Of a DNA stretch of 64,000 nucleotides, positions 9,902-17,173 are shown one piece after another (the stretch's first letter is position 1; every line of letters begins with the position of its first letter). A program made the translations under genes and the position numbers. The stretch comes from a virus, in IMG/VR virus record IMGVR_UViG_3300036761_001580, positions 5,198-69,197 of that record. One strand, given 5' to 3'. The notes beneath the pieces are model-generated. The model was given only the letters and a program-made list of their open reading frames with translations, was not told the origin of the DNA and did not search any database.

Positions 9902-10188
9902 GGGTTCACCTGCTGGAGCACAACGTGGTTGACCTTGTGCATCCCCTCTGAGAGCAGGATTCGGCCTTGGGGCGTGTCCTGCGGGATCCGGTACGCGATG
10001 CCGTCGATGTAGAACACGAAGCTCCGGATGTTCCTCGTCGCGGTCACCGGGACGAGCAGGACCGCCACCGGGACAGGAGCCCCTTCGACGTAGGTTCGGT
10101 CGTTGAGGAGGATCGCGCGGCCGACCGGTTTCCCCGCAGGGTCACGGACGACGTGGTCGTGGATGAAGGTTTTTGTGACTGGGTTCAT
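9898..10188 (-). CDS. Hypothetical protein
   Basis: 96-aa ORF, ATGA-overlapped with the terminase start. Confidence 0.35.
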   Translation of the reverse strand: MNPVTKTFIHDHVVRDPAGKPVGRAILLNDRTYVEGAPVPVAVLLVPVTATRNIRSFVFYIDGIAYRIPQDTPQGRILLSEGMHKVNHVVLQQVNP

Positions 10189-10195
10189 GCCTGCA

Positions 10196-10984
10196 TCACC
10201 TGATTTTGTACTTCTTGTAGACCTCGTCCAAAATCGAGGGAATCGACGCCTTCAAGGGCTCCCCGATCTTGTAGGCCACCATCCTCGCCAGCTTCTCGCC
10301 CCACTCCGGGTTCGCGTACTGCTGGTGCAGGTTCGACCGCAATTCTACCATGGAATCCTGAATTGCGTTCATAACAACTTCAACGACCCGCTCCAGAGCG
10401 TCCCGGAGGGCAGTGCCGGCGACCGCCTGCTTAGCCTGAAGGACCGCCAACTCCTTCTTCATCGCCATCTGCTCCCGGATCAGCTTCTGGAAAATCTTCA
10501 CCTCCTCCAGGTTCACGATAGGGGGTGCCTTGCCGGAGCCCCGAAGCTCCGCAGCTCTCGAAGACAGGGTCTTCTCGTAGCTTTCGAGCTGCACCACCGA
10601 GGCGGAGATCAGGGACTCCAGCCGGAGGTAGTCGTCCATCTCCGACGCCGCCGAGGCCTGGAGCGCCATCTTCGCGGGGTTCGCCCTGGCCTCGGGGGAG
10701 AACATGTTCTGCGCCGCGATGTACGCCTCGACCTGGGTGAAGTCCGTGATGTGCATCTTGAAGTGCTTGACGATGCCGTTGGTGGAGAACGTGGGCAGCA
10801 GCTCCCAGTTGTTCTCCTCCCGGGTGATGTTCAGGATCTCCGCCCGCTGGTTGAGCCACGTCAGCGCCCGCGCCCGGCTGATGCGCTCGATGATGACCTT
10901 GCGGTGCAGCTCCTTCCACAGATCGGGGTCCAGCCGCATCAGGATGCAGATCTTGCAGCGAGGCTGGAGAGACGTCAGTTCCAC
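10196..10984 (-). CDS. Putative DNA-binding protein (possible terminase small subunit)
   Basis: 262-aa ORF upstream of terL. N-terminal CKIC / basic region, rest coiled-coil. The assignment is positional only. Confidence 0.35.
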   Translation of the reverse strand: MELTSLQPRCKICILMRLDPDLWKELHRKVIIERISRARALTWLNQRAEILNITREENNWELLPTFSTNGIVKHFKMHITDFTQVEAYIAAQNMFSPEARANPAKMALQASAASEMDDYLRLESLISASVVQLESYEKTLSSRAAELRGSGKAPPIVNLEEVKIFQKLIREQMAMKKELAVLQAKQAVAGTALRDALERVVEVVMNAIQDSMVELRSNLHQQYANPEWGEKLARMVAYKIGEPLKASIPSILDEVYKKYKIR

Positions 10985-11066
10985 GGGTCCTCCCTTTGGG
11001 CGAAAAAAGCCCTCAATCTTAAATTACGAGATTCACTCGCGATGGTTGGGCAAAAACGAGCAAAAA

Positions 11067-11628
11067 CTACGGCTGGGGGCTGGGAGCCGGAGGTTGCGCC
11101 TTGCGGGCCGCAACGTCTGCGACCCGCTGTAACAGTGGCTCCAAGGCCGCTGCGTCGAGCAGCGGGGGCTGTTTTGCCTGGTCTGTTTTTAATTCTATTT
11201 TTTCCAGGCGAACGTTGTTGGCTTCGAGGTTGTACGACAGACCCGACAGGTACCAGACGAAGGCGACCCCCGAGGTGAGCAGCACGAGGATGAGCGCTCC
11301 GAGCCCCCGGGCGTACCACTTGTACATGTCGGAGATGCTCTTCTGCACCTCCTTCACGTTGCTCTGGACCTCTACCACGGTCTTCTGGGTGTCCTGCGCC
11401 TCGCGCTGAGCCTCCTTGGCGAGACCCTCGATGCCCGAGAAGCGCGAGTCCTGTGCGCAGGCGTGAGGCTTCCTGGTCTCGATCTCGACTCGTTCGATGT
11501 CCGCACCCAGTGCTTCCATTTTTGTCTCCACGACCTCTTTCGAGGCCTTCTTGTCTAGCTCTTTCCAGACCATCTTGAAAGCGCTCGGTCCCTCGACTGG
11601 GGTGTCGTACGTGTGTTCTCTCTCCACC
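11067..11628 (-). CDS. Membrane-anchored coiled-coil protein
   Basis: Start taken at ATG 11628 (GAGGAactgcATG), not the ORF-track upstream Met, which would overlap the promoter motif at 11678-11709. One TM helix, LGALILVLLTSGVAFVWYL. Confidence 0.4.
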
Positions 11629-11677
11629 ATGCAGTTCCTCGATTCAAGAGTAGTACCCCTCACGCAATGTACTACAA

Positions 11678-11709
11678 GATCTGTTGGATTTCTAAATCCT
11701 GCGAACCCC
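11678..11709 (-). promoter_or_regulatory. Late-type promoter motif (TTTAGAAATCC-N-TAGTACA)
   Basis: Minus-strand reading cgcaggaTTTAGAAATCCaacagatcttgTAGTACAttg. Member of a ~9-copy motif family upstream of leftward structural genes. Confidence 0.45.
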
Positions 11710-11879
11710 TGCCGAGCCCTGCCAATACTGCGGAATCCGTATTCCCCCCTCTGGAACCGGAATTTGAACTGCTCTTCGAGCCGTATAAGGTAAGTCGTAC
11801 GGACCATTCGGATAAATCTTGGTAAATAGACTTATGAGATTGGATCAAACTCTGTAGGATGATCCCGATCCCAAGTAGT

Positions 11880-11917
11880 TCCTGTACATAGAAAAAGATC
11901 CTAAGGGGTGACTAGTA
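11880..11917 (+). promoter_or_regulatory. Possible late-type promoter on plus strand (TAGAAAAAGATCC-N11-TAGTATG)
   Basis: Resembles the late motif in plus orientation. Followed by a 34-codon ORF/palindrome and a terminator at 12146-12178. Confidence 0.25.
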
Positions 11918-11921
11918 TGAC

Positions 11922-11982
11922 GAAGATCCTGAAGATCCTGAAGAATTCCGAAGGAATTCTGAAAGGATCTGAAGGATCTGAG
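11922..11982. repeat. ~60-bp near-perfect palindrome
   Basis: gaagatcctgaagatcctgaagaattc cgaagg gaattctgaaaggatctgaaggatctg. Two GAAGATCCTG units mirrored by two GGATCT units around a GAATTC core. Confidence 0.7.
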
Positions 11983-12145
11983 GAATACCCCCGGAAAAAA
12001 CGCAAAAACAGGCAAAAACAGGGTTGAAAAGATAGAAATACTGTAAAAACAGCCTAAAAGCAAGAACACCAGTAGTACCTCAGCAGAAAAGCGCAAGAAT
12101 ACCCCCGCCGCTTGACTCCCTGCACTTGATGGTTACGTGCGTTTT

Positions 12146-12178
12146 GGGCCTTAAAAAGGCCCTTGATTCCTTGTTTTC
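12146..12178 (+). terminator. Rho-independent terminator-like hairpin (GGGCCTTaaaaAGGCCC + T-rich tail)
   Basis: gggccttaaaaaggccc followed by ttgattccttgttttcg. Confidence 0.45.
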
Positions 12179-12261
12179 GGGCGGTTACTCAGGAGAGCTG
12201 CCCTCTTGAGGGTCGAAATTGGGGGTCAGCTTCCCCTTGACTTCCAACCCTATGAAGGTAT

Positions 12262-12476
12262 GCCACTAACCGTCGGCAAGGTATAGTCAAGAGGCTAGTT
12301 CGCTATAAATCATTGAACAATTTTGACAGTATTTCGGGTTATGAAACGTATAACTTCTAATAAAATAGTAACCATAGGTGCAACCACCAGGAAGGTATAG
12401 TCAAGACCTCTTTGAAGGGTTCAAATCTAGGGCATTTTCAACTTCCAGAGGGGGTACCAAGGGGGTCTTGACCATA
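12262..12476. promoter_or_regulatory. Three copies of a 17-bp site GTCTTGAC(T/C)ATACCTT flanking an AT-rich stretch
   Basis: Copies at ~12266-12283 (-), ~12393-12409 (-) and ~12458-12475 (+). An AT-rich putative unwinding element at 12300-12380 lies between them. Confidence 0.5.
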
Positions 12477-12499
12477 CCTTGGCGGTGGTTAAAACCAAG

Positions 12500-12715
12500 G
12501 TTCAAGGTAGGGTTCAAGGTACCTTTGAAGGTTTCCAAAGGTAGGGTTCAAGGTAGGGTTGAAAGTAGGGTTCAAGGTACCTTGAAGACCTTCAAGGTAG
12601 GGTTCAAGGTCTTGAAGGTACCTTGGAGACCTTCAATGTAGGGTTCAAGGTACCTTAAAAGTCTTCAAGGTAGGGTTCAAGGTACCTTGAAGGTCTTCAA
12701 GGTAGGGTTGAACTC
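12500..12715. repeat. Iteron array: ~7 tandem ~30-bp units GGTAGGGTTCAAGGTACCTTGAAGNCCTTCAA
   Basis: Directly visible. Each unit contains the palindrome CAAGGTACCTTG. ORFs 12378..12641 and 11845..12096 here are artefacts of the repeats. Confidence 0.75.
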
Positions 12716-12730
12716 TAGGACGTGGAGGCC

Positions 12731-13018
12731 CTAGTCGGCTACGCTTTCAGTGGTCTTGAAGAACCCGCGCAAGCAAGGCTCACAGTCCATCAGGAGCCTC
12801 GCATAGAACGCTCGGTGGGCGTTGGGTATCTTGAAGGGCTTGTTGTTATCCGCGGTGACCTTGCGGCTGTGCCACCGGAGAACCTCTATGAGAGAGGCTA
12901 TGCCGTAGTTCTTGTACCCCTCAGCCTTGGCTTCCAGAGCCATTGCTCTGAGCTGCTCGTAGACCCAAGGGTTCTTCTTGTGGTACTCCAAAAAGGCGCT
13001 AGACAATGGAGTCTTCAT
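12731..13018 (-). CDS. Hypothetical protein
   Basis: 95-aa ORF, first gene of the leftward block to the right of the iteron region. Confidence 0.4.
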   Translation of the reverse strand: MKTPLSSAFLEYHKKNPWVYEQLRAMALEAKAEGYKNYGIASLIEVLRWHSRKVTADNNKPFKIPNAHRAFYARLLMDCEPCLRGFFKTTESVAD

Positions 13019-13048
13019 CTACGTCTTCTTTCTACACCTGTGTGTGGT

Positions 13049-13297
13049 TTAAGTGGAGGTCGAGATGCCGAAGTAGCGCTCGCCTGGGAGGATCTCCGGA
13101 AGGTCCTCCCGGGTCTCGCAGCTGCCGTACTCCATCTTGAGGTCGTCGGTCATCCACCGCTCGACGTACTCGATGGCGTCTTCCTTGATCAGCTCTCCGT
13201 CGGCGCTGAAGCAGTCGGCGGGGAGGGGGATCTGGGCTTCGATTCTTCCGAGTCCGGGGAATCGGATCCAGGCCCAGACGGTTCTGGTTTCTTCCAT
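13049..13297 (-). CDS. Hypothetical protein
   Basis: 82-aa ORF. Overlaps the 3' extension of 13189..13614 in another frame. Confidence 0.3.
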   Translation of the reverse strand: MEETRTVWAWIRFPGLGRIEAQIPLPADCFSADGELIKEDAIEYVERWMTDDLKMEYGSCETREDLPEILPGERYFGISTST

Positions 13298-13614
13298 GGG
13301 TCCTCCTGCTCCTTTCGGAGCTTCTCCTGGACATCCACGATGCCGTTCAGCAGGGCGACCAGCTGCCGGCCTTCGGCGATGTTCAGGGTTGCAGAGCGGA
13401 TCTCGGGCCCGCAGGTGCCTTGGTAGGCAGCCACGCCGGCCGCAAGCTCCGCGATGACGATGTCTCTGAGCTGCTGGAGGATCCAGTCCTCCCCGACCTT
13501 GTGGAGCCGGAGGGACTCGACGATGGCCCCATAGGTGACACCGACCGGCTGGCCGTCCTCACCGACCGGGCACTCCCTCTGGAGCTTCGCGAGGACCTCG
13601 GAGAGGCGGGACAT
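13189..13614 (-). CDS. Hypothetical protein (Pro/Ser-rich C-terminal tail)
   Basis: 141-aa ORF. First ~100 aa look globular. The tail overlaps the next gene by 108 nt. Confidence 0.35.
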   Translation of the reverse strand: MSRLSEVLAKLQRECPVGEDGQPVGVTYGAIVESLRLHKVGEDWILQQLRDIVIAELAAGVAAYQGTCGPEIRSATLNIAEGRQLVALLNGIVDVQEKLRKEQEDPWKKPEPSGPGSDSPDSEESKPRSPSPPTASAPTES

Positions 13615-13856
13615 CAGCCGGCCCTCATCGGGCTCCAGAAACGCTCAGGGACCTCCTCGCCGCAGACGTACTTGCAGGCAAGGTGCCGCGGGAAGCGGTT
13701 CAGGGAGTCCGGCTCCGGAAGGGGTCCGCAGACCTTGCAGATGCCTTGCGGAGGGAAGTTCACGAAGAGTACGAAGTGGTCGCACTTCTCGTCGCAGAAC
13801 GCCTTGCCGTGCTGCTCACTGGTCTTGATCTCGACGATGACGCGGTCTGGGTTCAT
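13614..13856 (-). CDS. Small Cys-rich protein
   Basis: 80 aa. CDEKCDH...CKVCG...CKYVCG. Confidence 0.35.
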   Translation of the reverse strand: MNPDRVIVEIKTSEQHGKAFCDEKCDHFVLFVNFPPQGICKVCGPLPEPDSLNRFPRHLACKYVCGEEVPERFWSPMRAG

Positions 13857-13866
13857 CGGACCCTCC

Positions 13867-14229
13867 TTAAAAGGGGTTGCTCAGAGAGTACATCAGCTTG
13901 GGCAGAGGAACGCTCCAGCGCTTCTCGATCCGGGCACCTTGCTTGGGGTCGCTCCACACGAAGAGGTCCCTTCGTCGGAGCGCCGGCCGGGCGTAAAGGA
14001 CTTCATGCTCGACGAGCATCACCTCGCCCCTCCGGTACCCTTTCGGAAGGATGAGCACCGGGTAGTAACCCTCGGCGTTCGGGGGCTCGGGCACGTACTC
14101 GCCGTTGAGGAACTCCTCCCAACCCACCAGGTCATCCGGAAGGGTGAGCTTGCAGCCGCCGCAGATCTCTTGGCCCTCGGTACCACCTGGATTTTTGTCC
14201 AGTAGGACGTGGATGTAGTTACCCGTCAT
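13867..14229 (-). CDS. Hypothetical protein
   Basis: 120-aa ORF. Confidence 0.35.
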   Translation of the reverse strand: MTGNYIHVLLDKNPGGTEGQEICGGCKLTLPDDLVGWEEFLNGEYVPEPPNAEGYYPVLILPKGYRRGEVMLVEHEVLYARPALRRRDLFVWSDPKQGARIEKRWSVPLPKLMYSLSNPF

Positions 14230-14476
14230 GAGACCCTCCTGTGGCGGCGGCGAAGTTCTTCACGAGGACGTTCTCCAGGGTGGTCAGACGCTGGTCGTGT
14301 TCTTCGAGGATGTTGCTGACCTCGGCGTTGAGCCGAGCGTTCTCCTCGACGAGGGCCTGGTTGACCTCCAAGGCCTGCTTCAGCAGCTCGGGGAGCTGCT
14401 TCACAGAGTCGAGCCCGCGGAGCGCCTGGACGGCGTCCTTGCGCTTCAGCTTGTCCTTAATCCGCTTTTGGCTCAC
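14219..14476 (-). CDS. Hypothetical coiled-coil protein
   Basis: 85-aa ORF. Confidence 0.35.
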   Translation of the reverse strand: MSQKRIKDKLKRKDAVQALRGLDSVKQLPELLKQALEVNQALVEENARLNAEVSNILEEHDQRLTTLENVLVKNFAAATGGSHDG

Positions 14477-14795
14477 CGGCAGGGCTCCTCATCAGGTCCA
14501 GCTGGCTCCAGAGCGAATCCCGGAGGGCGAGCTGCCGGCCCGCGTCGACCTGGTTGGCGATCTGGAGAACCCGGCCGATGCAGGTCAGGGCCGCGGTCTC
14601 GTACATGATGGCCTCGGAGTGGAGCTTCTCCTGCTCCGTCAGGTTCGGAGCCTGCTCGGTGATGAGCCCCATGGCCCGGAGGACGGACGCCTCCAGGTGG
14701 TCCAGGACGGGCTTCGTGACGATGTCGATGGAGTTCCGAAGAACGTCCCCGCCGATGACCTCCTCGGTCTCGGCGGCGTTTTTCAGTTCGGGCAT
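14457..14795 (-). CDS. Hypothetical protein
   Basis: 112-aa ORF. Confidence 0.35.
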   Translation of the reverse strand: MPELKNAAETEEVIGGDVLRNSIDIVTKPVLDHLEASVLRAMGLITEQAPNLTEQEKLHSEAIMYETAALTCIGRVLQIANQVDAGRQLALRDSLWSQLDLMRSPAGEPKAD

Positions 14796-14874
14796 GTTGG
14801 CACCTCGTTGTGTAGAACAGACGAGGCCCTACCATACAACAAAGGGTACCTGAATGCTAGACCGAAAGTGGGTC

Positions 14875-15534
14875 CTAGCCGACGAAAGTGCCCTCGACCA
14901 CGACCTTCGCGGTGCCGGCGGTGCCGGTGTCCGCAGCCGCGAGCCGGCAGTAGAGGGTCGCGTTGTCCGCGACCGCCGCGATGGCCGACGTGGTGGCATC
15001 GATGACCTTCTCGATAGCCATGTCGGTGTTGTTGAGGCCCGTGAGCGCCGCGGCGTTGAGGTACTGGGTGCCGGCCGGAGCCGTGCCGATGCTCAGGGTC
15101 GCGTTCGCGTTCAGGGTGTCGTCCATGGTGCACAGCACGAGAGCGCGCTTCGGGATGAAGCGCTTGGAGCCATCGCCAGGGAGGACCGCGGTCCACTCGG
15201 TCACGCCGTCCACCAGATCGATGGTGAACTCGACGCCCGCGAGGTGCTCGGCCTCGTCGACCATGCCGTCCTCATCGAGATCGAACAGCGTGCCGTTCTT
15301 CACGGCTTCCATCTCCGCCGCCGTCAGGACGCGGCCGGTAGCCGATCCGACGCGGACTTCGAGGTGGGCCTTCGTGATGAGGGACGCGCACACGTCGCAG
15401 AACACCACGTTGCCGATGGCGTCCTTCACGGGCACGGTCTCCGTCGCGCCCTTGGCGACGTCGATGCTCGGCTTGCCCTTGTCACCCGTGAGCGACACGT
15501 TCGTGGAACCCAGGCACCTGAGATACAGATCCAT
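14875..15534 (-). CDS. Hypothetical virion structural protein
   Basis: 219-aa ORF immediately downstream of late-type promoter motif at 15599-15632. Confidence 0.45.
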   Translation of the reverse strand: MDLYLRCLGSTNVSLTGDKGKPSIDVAKGATETVPVKDAIGNVVFCDVCASLITKAHLEVRVGSATGRVLTAAEMEAVKNGTLFDLDEDGMVDEAEHLAGVEFTIDLVDGVTEWTAVLPGDGSKRFIPKRALVLCTMDDTLNANATLSIGTAPAGTQYLNAAALTGLNNTDMAIEKVIDATTSAIAAVADNATLYCRLAAADTGTAGTAKVVVEGTFVG

Positions 15535-15598
15535 TTTGCTTCTCCTTGCAATCCTGTGACGAAGGGACCAGCCCTCCGAATGTTCTCGGTTGCGCCCA

Positions 15599-15632
15599 GT
15601 ATACTATAGGGGGTTTCGGATTTCTAAAACGG
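15599..15632 (-). promoter_or_regulatory. Late-type promoter motif
   Basis: Minus-strand reading ccgTTTTAGAAATCCgaaaccccc TATAGTAT. Confidence 0.45.
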
Positions 15633-15636
15633 AGGG

Positions 15637-16041
15637 CTACCGCTTCCCGCCGTCGTACAGCACCGCCAGGCCCTCCGACACGAGGGTGTCGTTCAGGTTG
15701 AAGGCGTGAAAGCCCGGCTGCTCAATGAACACCTCGGCGAGGTACCTGCCGTACTTCTCCTGGGAGTCTTTGATGGTCCGGATCGAGACCATCGATCCCA
15801 CCGGAGCGAGTGCCTCCACCCTGCGGGAGGCCTGCTTCCCGCGGACAGAGTCGGCCCCATGAACCTCAGGCGTGTTGATGCGGTTGAGGCGAAGACGTTC
15901 TCTCTTGTAGATCTCGAAGCCCAACGAAATTTCTACATCAAGAGTATCGCCGTCAACAATTCGGAGAATCTTGGCTTGGTACTCGTACATCGCAGGCCCT
16001 TTCGTAAAAGAAGCTACAAGATCACCGCAGTGGCGTTCCAC
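15637..16041 (-). CDS. nuc: Thermonuclease (staphylococcal-nuclease-like) family nuclease
   Basis: ILRIVDGDTLDV, RLRLNRINTPE and RTIKDSQEKYGRYLAEV motifs match the SNase fold. True start may be the internal MYEYQ (~15990). Confidence 0.65.
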   Translation of the reverse strand: MERHCGDLVASFTKGPAMYEYQAKILRIVDGDTLDVEISLGFEIYKRERLRLNRINTPEVHGADSVRGKQASRRVEALAPVGSMVSIRTIKDSQEKYGRYLAEVFIEQPGFHAFNLNDTLVSEGLAVLYDGGKR

Positions 16042-17015
16042 CGAGTACCGTCACTCACGATAGTGAGACAGGAAAACTGGTTCACCAGGTTGTACGTGTT
16101 GGAGGCATCGATGCGTTCCGCAGGGTTGTTCGTATGGACCGTCACCCACCCGAGAAGCCTCTTGATAATGTACTCCCGACCAGGACACGAAGCCACGGGT
16201 GGTAGGGTTACGTTCTGGCCGGCCCCGGTACACAGCACCACATGGTGTGTCGCATCCAAAACCAGGTCGTTGAAGTCTTCATAGGTCGTGTAGTCAACCG
16301 CTGCACCAAGCCTTGCCTCTCCAGTCACCCAGAAAGTCCCGCCAACGTAGAGCTTCGTAGGGATTGAGAGGATGTAGCCCACCGAGACGTTGTCGAAGCC
16401 ATCCACGTACAAGCCGTCCGAAGGGGCCCCCGCGGCACCCTGGGAGGTGAGGACCAGCTTGTTCTCCGGGATCACGTAGGTCATGCCGTGCTTAAAATCT
16501 GAGCCTCCTGTATTGAACCCGAACGTCGCATTGGTCCCCCCGGCAGGGACCACAAACCAGAAGTTCGTAGCATTGCCGTTGGTAGAGAGGGAGATGATGC
16601 AGTTCGAATCGACGACAGCGGCCGGCATCGGGAAGCCGCCATCCCACTTGCTGATCGTCAGTCGGTCGGGAGCCGTAGTCCACAGGAGCCGAGTCTCGTC
16701 CCCGTAGAACCCGCCAGCCCCATCGTTGATCTGCACGGCCCCCAGCCCGCCGCCAGGAGCACCCCCGCCGCCGGTCGAGGTCCAGATGCCCGCGGTCTTG
16801 CAGTAGTAGAGGGTGTCGGTGGTGGTCAAGAGGTAGAGGTCAGTCACCACGGGTGCGGGCGGCAGCGCAGCCCCTTGGGTGATACCCGCCCCACCAGTGA
16901 TGGAGGTCCAGACACCGTCGGCCTTGCAGTAATGCAAGGAGTTGTCGGAAGTCCGGACCTGCGCATCACCGATGGTTGGGTACGGCAGCAGGGACGCGCT
17001 CAAGGTCATCTTCAT
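16014..17015 (-). CDS. Tail fibre-like protein
   Basis: 333-aa. Duplicated N-terminal motif LHYCKADGVWTSITGG / LYYCKTAGIWTSTGG, also present in 17174..18526. Gly-rich. Confidence 0.5.
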   Translation of the reverse strand: MKMTLSASLLPYPTIGDAQVRTSDNSLHYCKADGVWTSITGGAGITQGAALPPAPVVTDLYLLTTTDTLYYCKTAGIWTSTGGGGAPGGGLGAVQINDGAGGFYGDETRLLWTTAPDRLTISKWDGGFPMPAAVVDSNCIISLSTNGNATNFWFVVPAGGTNATFGFNTGGSDFKHGMTYVIPENKLVLTSQGAAGAPSDGLYVDGFDNVSVGYILSIPTKLYVGGTFWVTGEARLGAAVDYTTYEDFNDLVLDATHHVVLCTGAGQNVTLPPVASCPGREYIIKRLLGWVTVHTNNPAERIDASNTYNLVNQFSCLTIVSDGTRWNATAVIL

Positions 17016-17049
17016 CGGGGCTGCCTCACGCTGCGGACTTTATGTAAAG

Positions 17050-17067
17050 CCCTCTCGAAAGAGGGCG
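17050..17067 (-). other. GC hairpin GCCCTCTcgaaAGAGGGC just upstream of 16014..17015 start
   Basis: Perfect 7-bp stem. On the minus strand it is followed by TTTACAT and then the RBS and ATG. Confidence 0.4.
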
Positions 17068-17077
17068 TCATCTGAAT

Positions 17078-17161
17078 GGCCTGACTTTCACTTGGCAGGC
17101 CTACTATGGCTCGACTTTCACTTCCCGAGCCTTGTGTGGCTTGACTTTCACTTCCCAAGCC
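17078..17161. repeat. Three tandem 24-bp hairpin units (30-bp period) with compensatory stem variation
   Basis: ggCCTGactttcacttggCAGGcc, ggCTCGactttcacttccCGAGcc, ggCTTGactttcacttccCAAGcc. Confidence 0.7.
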
Positions 17162-17173
17162 AACAATATATTG

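Noticed and set aside
12378-12641. 87-aa ORF (and 11845..12096 on the minus strand) inside the non-coding control region
   Set aside because: Its sequence is just the translated iteron repeats (KVGFKV...). No RBS. Region better explained as a repeat array.
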